A stretch of 48,652 bases of DNA from positions 62,001-110,652 of the forward strand of contig JBFLGF010000226.1 of NCBI GenBank assembly GCA_050230475.1, written 5' to 3'. The position numbers and the translations under genes are program-made. This document shows positions 11,479 to 23,530 of this stretch, one piece after another (positions within the stretch are counted from its first letter, which is position 1; each line of letters starts with the position of its first letter). The notes under the pieces were generated by a model, which was given only the letters and a program-made list of their open reading frames with translations, made no database searches and had not been told where the DNA came from. The stretch comes from Ancylonema sp. Taxonomy: Eukaryota.

Positions 11479-14400
11479 TCAAGGCGCGGAACGCGATGAG
11501 GGAGGCGGTGCAGGACGAGCGGGAAACGTGGCATGGAAATCTGCGACCGCGTCAGCAACATTTTCCATGTTGTCGGCAGCTTCCCAAGAACGCTCCGATT
11601 CCTCGTACCCGACCCAATCGACGAGGTAAAATAGCCGGCCCCGCACGAACTTGGAATCCAAAACTGTGGCCACTTCAATGTGGCGCGCCGTCCACAACGA
11701 CCGGAGGTGGAGGCGCCACGACACGACTCGCCGGGACTGTGTTGGCATGGTACGGCTCGAGGAGGCTGACGTGGAAGACGGGATGGAGTTTCATATCGGA
11801 GCAGATTTGCGCTTCCGATTGGCCGAAATTTCCATCGCCCGCTGGGATTTGCGAAGCGCTGACTGGAGGAAATCTTGGGTGTCGTGAATGGTTTTGACAT
11901 AATCGTCGGCTGCGGGGTTGGGGGTAATTGGGGAGGGTGGGAGCAGTGACATGTGCGGGTGGAAGCCGTAGTTGGCAAAGAACGGGGAAAGGGTGGTGGC
12001 GGAGTGCTTGGAGTTGTTGTAAGCGAACTCCGCCAGCAGCAGGAGTTGGGACCAATCGGATTGCTGGTAATCGGTGTAGATTCGCAGATATTGTTCGGGA
12101 ACCGAATTAAGGCGCTCCGTCTGCCCGTCCGTCTGCGGGTGAAAAGCACAGGAGCGGTTGGCCCGTACACCGAGCAGCTCCAACAGCCGGCGCCAAAAGT
12201 GGCTGATGTGAAGATGGGATCGCGGTCGCTGATGAGGCTGCTGGGCACCCCATGCAGGCGCACGACTTGCTGCACGAACAGCGCAGCGACCTCAGGAGCC
12301 GCCATGGCCTTGGTGGTAGGAATGAACTGGGCCTGCTTCGTCAGCCGGTCGACGACCACTAGAATGGCGTCGTGGTAGTTGCTCGGGGGTAGGTCAGTGA
12401 TCCAATCTAGGGAGACGCTCGCCCATGGCTGAGTAGGGATAGGGAGAGGGGATAGCAAGCCATAGGGATGGCGCACCGGCTTGTTCCGGGCGCATATGTC
12501 GCACGTGCGCACGTAGTTTTCCACTGCCTTCGAGAGAAGACCAGGCCAGTGAAAATACTGCGCTATCAACGCGTGCGTGCGGGCACTGCCGAAGTGGCCT
12601 GCCATGGGTGCGTCGTGGTATTGCGTCAGAATAGAGAGAATAATGGTAGCAGCGGTAGGAGGGATAGCGAGGCGGCCGCGATGGTATAGAAGGCCGTCTC
12701 GTAGGGTGTAGGGGATTTGGGACTCGCCTGCAGTGCGACTCGGGTTGGATTCCCGAGCGGGTCCGGGTTGCAGGGATGTAGCTATAGCACGGAGGGTAGG
12801 GTTAGCTAGTTGAGCAGCGCGAATGTCCAGGAGTATAGGGTCGTTAGGTGCCTGCAGGATAGCTGCCGCACGCACCGGGGGAATTGGTAGAAGAGCTGGT
12901 GGGGGGAGGATTGGGTGGGGGGATGTAGCTGGCAGCAGATAGTCAGTTCTTCGGGATAGGGCGTCTGGCTTGCCATTGCTGGACCCTTTCCTGTAGACGA
13001 TAGTGAAGTCGTAGGCTCCCAGCGTCTCGGCCCACCTTGCGTGCCTGCGGGATGTAGTTCTGGCTGCTTGGAAGTACACCAGGTTCTTGTGGTCGGTGTA
13101 GACCACGATAGGATGTGCTGCTCTTTCAAGATAGACCCGCCACTGGCGAAAGGCAGCCACTATGGCGAGCAGCTCTTTATCGTAGATAGGGTAATTTAGT
13201 TCTGAATGAACTTGCGGGAGTACAATGCTACGGGGTGGAGCTCGGCGCTGGGATCTCGCTGCGATAAAATGCAGCCGAGGCCGAAGTCGGAGGCGTCGGC
13301 TTCGAGGGTGAGTGGCTGCAGGGGTTGGAAGTGCTGCAAGACTGGAGCGGAAGTGAAGGCCAGCTTGAGGGATGTGAAAGCTGCATCCGCCTCCGTTGTC
13401 CAGCCAAAGGTTGCTCCCTGTCGTGTTAATGAGGTAAGGGGGCACGCCACCGTAGAATAGTCTTTGACAAAACGCCTGTAGAAATTAGCGAACCCAAGGA
13501 ATGAGTGGACCTCCTTGACGGACTGGGGCTGCGGCCACTCAAGGAGAGATGCCACTTTCTGGGGGTCCATACCCACGCCTGCTAGGGAGACCTGGTAGCC
13601 TAGAAAGGCGATAGTGTCAGTATTAAACTGACACTTCTCGATATCTTAGCGTAGAGTTTGTTTTCCCGTAGGATTGAGGATAGCACGGACGTGGGGCGTG
13701 TTCAGCCGGGGATAGGGAGTAGATAATCATGTCGTCGAGAAGGTTTGCTAGGTAGACGTCGAGAGGGTCACGAAAGACGTCGTTGATGAAAGAGTGAAAT
13801 GCTGCCGGGGCATTGGTGGGCCCGAAAGGGCAGACCTGGTACTCGTAGTGTCCGTAGCGGTAGCGGAATGCAATCTTGTACTCATCCCCCTCCTTTACTC
13901 GCAGCTGGTGATAAGCGTTGCGGAGATCGATCTTCGTGAAGATCGTTGCGGAGTTGAGGCGGTCGGGCAGCTCAGGTATGAGGGGTAGAGGGCAGCGGTT
14001 TTTGATAGTCACTGAATTGAGCTTGCGGTAGTCGACACACAAGCGTAGTTTCCCGTCAGGTTGTTTGATGAACATGACAGGTGCTCCTCCCGGGCTGGAC
14101 GACGGCCGGATGAAGCCGTTTCGCAGGTTGTCAGTGATGTACGTCTTTAGAGTTTCCAGCTCTGGTTTTGACAGGGAATAAATTGGCCCCCAGGGGGGTT
14201 CTGCACCTGGCAGGAGGGGGATCTCTAAGTCGAAAGGCCTGTGGGGGGGAAGGGTGTTTGTAGCCTGCTCGGAGAACACGTCTGCAAAGTCGTGGTATTC
14301 GGGAGGCAGCTGGGCTAGAAGGGCAGGGTCTGGAGGAAGCTGAACAGCGTTTAAAACTGCAGGTTTTGGCTGGGCATGGGGTAAGGGAAGTGGGGGAGTG

Positions 14401-14774
14401 GGGGAAGGGGAGGGGGGGGACTGGGGGGGGGGGGGGGGGGTTGACATCAAGCACTGAGCAGCACAGTGTGGACTGGTGAGGGATATTGTGCCTGACTGCC
14501 AGTGTATTGCTGGATTATGCTTGTGCAGCCACGGGAAACCGAGGACAACCGGGGTGTGCGCCAGTCTGGTAACGTCCAAGGTGATAGTCTCCGTGTGGTT
14601 GCTTGGAGATCTGAGCTGCGCCGAAAAATAGCAAGTAATGGGGCCAGCGGCTGGGGGGCTGCCATCTATAAGCTCGACCGGGATAGGTTGGGGATGGGGG
14701 TGGGTGGGTAGGTTGTTGTCTGACAAAAGCTGGGGGTCGATAAAGTTGCCTGACGCCCCAGAGTCGATCAGCAC
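11479..14774 (-). pseudogene. Chromovirus pol (PR-RT-RH-INT-chromodomain), frameshifted
   Basis: LIDSGASGNF; LRLCVDYRKLN, KIDLRNAYHQLR, LLDDMIIYS; EADASDFGLG, YDKELLAIV; SLDWITDLP, FHPQTDGQTERLN; chromodomain VLDSKFVRGRLFYLVDWVGYEESERSWE. Confidence 0.95.
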
Positions 14775-14884
14775 TTTGACAGATATGGGCGGGAGGGGGT
14801 AACGGAGCAGATGGCAGGCCAGCAGAAGCTGGCGGGGGTGGGGAAAGGGGGAGGGTAGGGGAAGGGGACCCGCACAGACCCCTC

Positions 14885-15971
14885 CTAGGACTGTGTGGAG
14901 TAATCGTTTTTTGACTCGGAGGGTTGCAGATCGAGGAAGCGCACGGTGCGGCCCTTGCCCTTGTTGGGGCAGGTTCTGTTGTCATGGCCTGGCAGGACAC
15001 AGTAAAGACACAGGTTGCCAGCCACACGGCGGGCCATCTCCGCGGGTTCTACCTTGAGGATCTGGCGGCGGGTGCCATCTATTTCCATGGGGACAATCTG
15101 CAGGTGAGAGGGCAGCTGTTGGGGGAACTGATCTGCAACTCTGGCTTGGGGGGGGACGTAGGTTGATTGGGAGGGTCTGTCCAAACGAGCAGCAGCCAGG
15201 GCGTTTTCTTCGATGTTCTTCACGAAGGTAACATACTCGGAGAAGGTGTCACGGGAGGACTGAACCTTCAAGATCTCCTGCCTGAGCTCTGGCTTCAGCA
15301 GTTTGTCAAAGTAAGTGAATACCAATGGATGATCCCCCCACCCCTGAAACCCTCTGACTAAGGCTCTGAACCTGGAAGTGAAGTCCTGAACGCCCCCTGT
15401 TTGTTTGAGTTCCCGCAGCTGGCTATCTGTGGTCAGGTTGGAGGGGGTGTCGCCAAAAGCTTCACTCAGACCCTTGAGGAGGGCGTTCACGTCATAGCCC
15501 GCGGGAAGGTTGCTGTCTGAGTCGTGGTTGCTGAGTGAACCATTCGCCAGCAGCACCAGTTAGAAATGACGAGAAGTAGAGGACTGTATGCTCAGGATCA
15601 GAGAATCGGATAGGAGCCACCCGAATCTGGTTACGCACTAGTCGTAGAAAAGTTGCCAGACTTGCAGAATCTCCTGAATATTTCTGTAAATCAAGGAGGA
15701 CCATTTTTGAGGGAGGTGGCTTATAGACTGGTGGGGAAACAAGGATAGGTTGAGGAAGTGGGTAGGGGTAAGAAGAAGAGGTGGTGGGTAGGGCTGAGAT
15801 AGGAGATGGGGTGCTGAGGTGCGCCTCCACCACCTTTTGTTTATCGTGAAGCTCGCTTGATTGAGCAAATAAGGTTGTTATTCTATCATCTGTTTCCGCC
15901 TGCCGTTCCATGTTTTCGTTGAGTTGCAAACTCATTGCTTTTAGAGTCTCGACAATCTGTTGCAACTCCAT
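14885..15971 (-). pseudogene. Chromovirus gag, one frameshift near 15540
   Basis: LTGAAGEWF, LRELKQTGGVQDFTSRF, PMEIDG, knuckle CLYCVLPGHDNRTCP. Confidence 0.9.
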
Positions 15972-16047
15972 GAGGAAAACTGAACTGAAAAAAATGATTT
16001 TTTTTGCCTAAAAATGTTAAAAAACCTCAAGTGTATTCCTATCAAAG

Positions 16048-16532
16048 TGTTAGGAGTGGAATATGATGAAGCTCCTAGCAAGCAATCTGGGTTGCAAATG
16101 CACACACAAGATGATGGTGAAAATGAGTCGAATAGGAGATAGGATTGAGTGAGCCGATGGTCAAAAGGGTCGGGTTGATATGGTAGGGGCACAAGGTGCA
16201 AGTACATGAGTTGATAGGAATGCTCTATAGGGCATTCCTATATCGGCTAGATATATGAAAGTCGGCCCTAGCCGACTCTAGGAAAACATGTACTCTAGGA
16301 AACATGTGGGATAAATAAGTCAAACAACAAAATGTAGCTAAAGGCACAAACTGCCAGACTAAGGACACACCAGAATACTCCCTAGGGGCCAGGCGGCCGC
16401 TAGGGACACAACTCCCCGCTCTATAAGGGACAGAACTCGCTAATAGAGGAAACCTGAGCTAGTAGCGCTCTAAGCGCTAAGTGTGGAGAACCTCGCTAGG
16501 GAACCCTAGTGACTGTAGCGAGGGTCCTAACA
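16048..16532 (-). repeat. Chromovirus 5' LTR
   Basis: Direct repeat of 10987-11451; upstream of gag on the minus strand. Confidence 0.95.
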
Positions 16533-17162
16533 GTAATTGTGAGTCATCTGAATTTGTTGCTGACGCTCTTTTTGAGCTAGCACTGCTATCGACTGTAATG
16601 TCTTACATCGATTCGCTAACGCTCTCTGTGAGCCAGCAAGCGTGCGTGTGTGTGTGACACATCTGTCGATTTTCCCGCGTTCGCTCCGAACCGGCACTTT
16701 TCTTTGTGTGTGTGTGTTTGTTGTCGCTCGCTCCGAGCTAGCATTTGTTGTAAACACGTGTCTGCTTACGCTCTTTCTGAGCCAACATCTTTTATCGACG
16801 CGCCGTCGATACTTTGCTTTCGCACCGACAGTAACTCTTACGGTTGCTAACCTTGATAGTTTGCACCGGACTATCTTGTTTGCTTTATAGTATTTTCACA
16901 TACTTTTGTACTATAAACCATCTGTTAGCTCGCCCTCGGCGTTAAGTAGTGAATTTCATTTCACCAGACCGCTGAGACGTGTGATAGATATAATATTGAT
17001 ATCTCAGCAGAGACCTACAATACTACTTCAATCCGACCGCGGAAGACCTTGAATTATCAAAAATTTAAAGTCAGAAAAGGTAAACAACCTCGATTTTTTT
17101 TATTTTTTTTAGACACCTTTTTTCTACTATCTCGTATTTCGATGTGCTCACAAGAGTAGTGC

Positions 17163-19030
17163 ATGCAGTGGTCACGAGATAGTAAAGGTAGGTTGACAAA
17201 ACTAGAGATAACTAATCCTTTTAAAATTGTCGATCCACGAGCTGCACCAGCTGTCGACAATTTAAATTGTCCACGATCACCGGACATCGATATAGTTACC
17301 ATCGAATCACTAGCTGCACCAGTTGTGGATAATATTATTCATACTGATATTGACAATACGGCTGCACAGGGTGTCGATATCCCTACATTCCATTTACCTA
17401 CCAATCTTCTTGATACCAATTCCGCAACCCAAGTGTAATTGAAATTTGAACCCAACAAATTGACACGGTCTACATCAGAACCAGAACAGCCTGTGGAACG
17501 CCTACCTACAGGCTCCATTAACCTCAAACTTGTTTTGATTATTGACAGAGAAGACCACATCGTCGATACCACAACACCTGTGGCTGGACCATCGACAATT
17601 GTTCCCGCTACAACGCCACCAAGAGCTGCAACAACATCCATTTACCGACACAAGATAAAAGGTGGGAGAGACTCTACCATGGCTAACCCAACCGTTACCG
17701 ACATATACTGAAGAAACTGGTGTCAAACAAGACGAATTCATCAATAGTTTGAGACGGTTAGACCGAACCCAACAACGCACATAACGTATGGGGCATGTAC
17801 ATTGGGACTTAGTACTTGCAGTGGGTCAGTATATGAAGGCAGAAGCTCATAGAGAATGGCAACAATTTGTACGAGACAACCGTGGTACCACTACTACGGA
17901 AGATATTCGAGACATGTACCAAGAACATAATTCAAACATTGCATATTATCGTCTGCAAGGTAGAGTGGATTGACAGAATGCACCGATCAAACCCACAGCA
18001 TCGGCGGCATAACCAACCGAATTGGAATTGTTCATCACTATCATCAAAAATCGTTTTCGATCTTCGGCTGCAGAATTTGTTACTCAAATTGAAACATTTT
18101 CAGCCAGACACAATGACAGCGTCGCAACCACATTTGCACGCTTTAACGAACCAGCAACTTTTAGGGATGTTACGTGATGGGTGTGCAAGGCAGTGTGATT
18201 CTTTCCGTACAAGGAACTTACGTCTCTCAGAAATGATCAATGACAAAGTGTTGTGTTGGATGAATAATCTTGAATGGTCGGCATCGTGTTGGTATACCAC
18301 GATGCCTCGTCCACAACGTGAATCTACAAAGCGTGCCGACGGTCGTGTCTGCGAACCGTCCGTCGGCCTATCATAACTCAACAACAGTCAGATCCTGTCA
18401 ACGGCACACGCCGGACAGTCTGACAAAAAAAACATAACGTCTAGATTCGATTCGGAACCATCTAGACCGCACGTGCGTGCTACAATACAAACGGTACAAC
18501 CGAAACGTCATATTCGGGTGCCCGGACATAAGTCCGGCCCCTCACTCAATATAAGCAAGCACACCCTAGGAAAACCTAGGAATACACTAACCGGCAGTCC
18601 GGACTAGCACGCTAGCAAACATGGCTATCCGATTAATTCCCATCAACAATTGTTCAAGAGACACGAGCCATGACAGAAGAACAACCGGCTAGGAGGTATC
18701 TACCACATATTCCTCTACCACTACAGCCTTATATAGACGACTGGCATTTTCGTGAGTTAGAGGAAAGGTACTACAAAACTCCACCAAATCCTCCTATCAC
18801 CCGGAAGGAAATCATGGAGAAAGCCAACAAGGTTGAATTATTACGTATGAAACAAGACGCTGACAACCGCGCAGTTGGGATCACCAAAACTCCTAAACTA
18901 CTTAAATAAACTCCTTCCACTCCTTACACTACTCCTAAACCAACAGACGTATTGAAACCACGACAAGATAACAGCATGGACTGCTACATTGCCATCAGAT
19001 CGGACACCTTTTGCGTGATTGTTCAGCACC
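17163..19030 (+). pseudogene. C1 gag, decayed and interrupted by a solo copia LTR
   Basis: GHVHWDLVLAVGQYMKAEAHREWQQF aligns with D gag GHVQWDTIKYGGQFTKGVAHDVWKKF; ELLRMKQDADNRAVGITK matches F (ELLKMKQDGDNRAAGITK); frameshifted knuckle CY-CHQIGHLLRDC at ~18982-19023. Confidence 0.8.
18152..18645 (-). repeat. Solo LTR of the copia A family
   Basis: Colinear with 1331-1791; flanked on both sides by C1 gag sequence; ends slightly degenerate and TSD not clear. Confidence 0.88.
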
Positions 19031-19597
19031 AAGGAAACATAAAAACTTCCACTCATCAGGTTACCAGTCTGAGAAAAAATCCAAAACCAACCAACCTTCA
19101 GGATCATAGTTTAAGGGAGGTGTGTAGGAATGTTCGGATAGCCATGCCTTATGATTGTTAGTCCGGTTGTGACTGGTTTCTCTCACCGGGCGCCATATTC
19201 CTAGATGTGCTTATATGCGGGGCCGGACACGATTGTGTCCGGGCACCTGATATGTTGCCACGCTTGATGTCGACACTTAGAGTCGTTAGTAGCGATTAGC
19301 ATGCTTGACGTGTCTTGATTGATTAGATCTAGTCATGTCAGGAGTGTCCGGCATGTGCCGTTGACACATATAGATGAGTTGTCAGTCAAGGATAGGCCGA
19401 CGGTCAATTGTACCGACCGTCGGCACACAGCAATCTCTAAAGCGCATCGGGTATTACCATCCCCGATGCGATCACACTAATTCGTTCCACACACGCAACT
19501 CTTGTCTCGTTGATCATCAGTGATAGAGATCCTTGTGCGTACGATTCGTTTGTCGCCCACCAAATCTCCTGCACGTCTAATCGCTCAAAAGCTTAAA

Positions 19598-19610
19598 GGT
19601 TATGGGCCCA
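19598..19610 (+). promoter_or_regulatory. Primer-binding site complementary to an internal (anticodon-arm) segment of initiator tRNA-Met
   Basis: GGTTATGGGCCCA directly after the LTR; also at 30225-30237 (-) and 39668-39680 (one mismatch); matches the Drosophila copia-type half-tRNA PBS. Confidence 0.8.
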
Positions 19611-19853
19611 CGTGCGGTCTAGTTTAGACGCCGTGTTGGTTAAGAACTACAGGCTCCACGCGATCCGCTGCGAAGATCTCTGTGACTCTGTGAACGTGTG
19701 AGGGCAAATTTAGCCGGGTTATTAAGCGCTGCACGTAATTTCGACATTGCGTGGCACGAAAATTGAGCTGTGAGCTGCATTGCAGGAATTGCACCACTGC
19801 GAGCTGAAAGCTGGCTGATAATTCTCGTAAATCCTACACAATTGTTGCCATAA

Positions 19854-22800
19854 ATGTCGGACAAGTCGCAAATTCCGCAGTTTACTGGAGCAGATTATAC
19901 AAGATGGGCCTTCAACAAATATGGGCTAGCAGACCAAAAGTTGCATCGTGTGGTCATGGATTGGGACAGTCTTCTCCGGCGGCGTCGTTCAGTGGTTATA
20001 TTTCCATTGACCGCAGATGAAGAGCTTCAATTTATTGCTAGGGGGATCGACATTGATGTCGAGAGGAGGACCAAGGAGCAGCGGATTTCCCAGCGGCTGC
20101 CACAGCTCGAGACATGGGACGAAGAGAATCTGGCTGCCATGGCCTACATTGTCAAGCATTTAGGTCCCTCGGAGCTGACGCACGTCACGGACTGCACGAC
20201 AACTGCCGGGATGTGGGAGGCATTGAAGACATTCTATATGGTGCAGGGAGCGATCGAGATCGCTAACACCGAGGCGCAACTGAGCGCGATTATACACGCG
20301 GAGGCTGAAGACCTCAACGTCTACGTGAAGCGGCTGTAGCAGATTCATCTGGTTCTGAAGAATCCGGGTGCGCCGGTGACGCTGATGAAGCAGGCAATCA
20401 ACTTGCTGAACTCCCTCAACACTCACTACAGCCCCATGGTGTCGACTCTTATGCCGTGGTCGGAGTCATCACCGCATCTCTTCACGATTCCGCACATCAT
20501 GAGTGCGCTGCTGCGCGACGACGTCCGCAAGGAGCTGAATGAGCGGAAGAGGGGGGCGTTGCCAGGAGGTCACAATGCCAACTATGGTGAATCTGGAGGG
20601 GATAGCGGAGCTGGAGGAAGCGGCAGACCTGGTGGTGGGGGTGGAGTCGGTCGCAGAGACGCTGGAGGCGTCGAATGCTTCAACTGCCACCAATTCGGCC
20701 ACATCGGGGTGAACTGTCCATCACCAAACGTTGGCGGAGGCCATGCCGGAGGTGGGAAATGCCACAGGTGCCACCAGGCAGGCCATAGGGCTGCGCAGTG
20801 CCCTACAGCATCGCCAGCAGCTGCAAATGTCGGACATGCACATCAGGGAAGTCCGGGGGGGGAGATCAAGAGTAGATACTGCAAATGTCGGGCATTCCAT
20901 TGACAAATTTAGAAAACGTGCATCTGATATATGGCATTGATGAACCCAGAGGCTACTCGAAAGGGTGAAGCACAGGCTAGACTTGCTCACTTTGCCAACA
21001 CACCTTTCGATGCCAATGTGGATTATCTTGCTTTCGGTGCATTCTCATTTGATGTTGCCCGAGCTCTGTCTGCTGGTTCTCACAAAGAGTCTCTTCCTGG
21101 ATTCAGGGGCTACTCACCACATCTTCACCGAGCGTGAACATTTCGTCGAGTACATCCCAACCCTGAGCACGCAAAGAGCCTTCATCACCACTGCTGACGG
21201 CTCGTCGCACAAGGTGACAGGCACGGGTTTCGTGCACATCCGAGTCAGGAACGGCAGCTCGTTATTCGTGCAGCCTCTCAACTCGATCCACGTCCCTACC
21301 TTTGCCTGCACCCTGGTGTCGACGTCATGCCTCGTCAAAAGAGGTGGGTTGAGCCTTCTTACAGCTGCCCACGGGTCTTGAATTGAAGAAGGGGGATGTG
21401 AAATGGGCAAATGTAGTTGAACAGCCTAGTGGTCTCACTTTTCTAGCCGCTTACCATCATCATGCCTGGGTCTCACAATACCACAACGAACTTATATCCA
21501 CAGGCATGATCTTCTGGCATCACAAACTGGGTCACCCTGGTGCTGAATGTAATGTCAGACTTTGTCAGACGTGGAGACATCCCTAAGTTAAGTTTTGAGG
21601 ACTCAGCTGAGGTCAAGGGTTGTCAGGTTTTATGTCAAGGGAAAATGCAACAGTTGAGTCACGCCATGGCCAACGAAGATCTAGGGACATGCCCCAAGAT
21701 GGGACGCATCCACCTGGATCTGATTGGACCACTTTCCGTTAGGTCTGCTAATGGAGGTTTCACATATGCACAGTAGTGTCCACACGTTTTTCAATTGTTA
21801 GTCTACTGAAAACAAAGGATGAAGCACTGGACCGAGCAAAGGTCACTATACAGTTGCTCGAGGCACAATCAGGGTTGCCACTACAATCTATCAGGACAAA
21901 CAAGGGTGGAGAGTATGTGTCTCAGGACTGGATGAACTACTGTGGGGGGGAGGGCATTGATAAACAAACTACAGATGCGTACAACCCTGAGCAGAATGGC
22001 ATATGTGAGAGACTGAACAGAATTTTGACATAAAAGATGCGTTGTATACTGATCTGGTCACGTTTACCGGGATTACTGGTCACGCTTATTGGGATGTCGC
22101 ACTCTTGCATGCAAATTGGTTAAGGAACAAAACCCCAACTAAATCGCTCGCTGGCAAAATACCCATTGAAATCTGGGAGGGAAAGAAGTTGAAAATGAAC
22201 AAAAGTCATAACTTTGGGTGTCTGGTGCAATACTTGAAAGTGGGGGTGGACAAAATCAGGCAAGGGGACAAGTTTGCCCCTCGCACTTGCTTTGGTGTGT
22301 TTGTGGGGATGGTTGCGGGGAGTGCAGGCTACAACGTATTCGACCCTCATAGGGCGGGGGTGATAGCGCGCACGGACGTGCGGTTCTTCGAAAAGGTGCC
22401 GGGGTACCCGAAACTGATGGGGAGGAGATCTCCCCAGGTTGAGGCCAACGCAGAGAAACACGTCTTCTATTTGTTCCCCGACACCGACGCTCAGCCCCCA
22501 GCAGCAGTTGTGCCAGCAGTAGCAATTCCCCTAGTAATGCCAGCAATCTTGCCAGCAGTGCCAGCACCAGCAGTTCCAGCAGCCCTAGCGCCAGCAGCTG
22601 CCAATAACCCCGCGCACGTACACTTCCAACCACAAGCTGCTGAGGTCCCCATCGATGCGATTGAGCTGTCTGACAACCAGTCAGGGATCAACAATGCAGG
22701 AGGTGGAGATGGAGGGGAGGAGGAGGTGCAAGGAGGGGGTGCGAACCCACAGGCGGGGGAGCCAGGCAGCATAGCTGAGCGGGTGATGGCCAGGCGGGGG

Positions 22801-23530
22801 GGCAACTTTGCACAATATGGGGACATTCTGTGGTGCGATGGGGAGGAGTTCGACGACGAGGCTCACGCCAACTATTCAACGACCGAGTGGGAGCGATATA
22901 TAGCGACCGGGTGTCAATATGTATTTAAGGTCAAAATCACACCTAAAGGGGATATTGAAAGATATAAAGTCAGACTGATCGCACAAGGATTCTTACAGCA
23001 AGAAGGGATCGACTATAATGAAGTATTTGCACCAATTATTGACGGTACATCTATCACCCTACTCCTCGCTATAGCAAACCACTTTGATTGGGAACTAGGA
23101 GAGATGGACGTGATCACAGCGTTCCTGCATGGACGTCTAGAAGAGGAAGTATATATGAAAATACCACCGCGTATGTATATTGAAGGGGGTGCTGAGGGCA
23201 AGGTTTTGCGATTGAAGGGTGCTTTGTACGGACTGAAATAGAGTAGCCACGTGTGGCAAGAAATGTTTAAGAAGTTCATGCTTGCTGAAAGGTTCAAACA
23301 GTGTGTCATGGATACTTACATTTACATGACAGGGGAGGGAAATAACAGAATCGTACTAGGCATTCATGTTGATGACTAGGTCATAACTGGTCCAAACGCA
23401 ATGGTGGTGAAAACATTTAAGGGGGACATGGGTTAAGAGTTCAAGGTCAAGGATCTGGGTCCTCTAACCCATATCCTGGGGGTGGAAGTGAAAAGAGATA
23501 GACCACGAAGACTGCTAACACTGGGACAGC
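19854..23530 (+). pseudogene. copia B1 gag-pol
   Basis: CFNCHQFGHIGVNC, LDSGATHH, IHLDLIGP, PEQNGICERLNR, YKVRLIAQGF, MDVITAFLHG; several stops and frameshifts. Confidence 0.93.

Larger units (their letters stand above)
10987..16532 (-). mobile_element. Ty3/gypsy chromovirus (Tf1/sushi group, Tcn1-like), full length and decayed
   Basis: LTRs with TGTTAGGA...TCCTAACA ends; 5-bp TSD GTAAT (10982-10986, 16533-16537); gag-PR-RT-RH-INT-chromodomain order. Confidence 0.95.
10330..17030 (+). repeat. 'A' unit of C1 (~1.15 kb, split by the chromovirus at 10987-16532)
   Basis: 10330-10986 plus 16533-17030 is colinear with the uninterrupted copy at 37393-38536; ends TACTACTTCA. Confidence 0.9.
19123..23530 (+). 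mobile_element. Ty1/copia copy B1, 3'-truncated inside RT
   Basis: LTR 19123-19597, PBS GGTTATGGGCCCA at 19598-19610, gag (19854)-PR-INT-RT up to HILGVEVKRDR; no RNaseH or 3' LTR. Confidence 0.92.
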
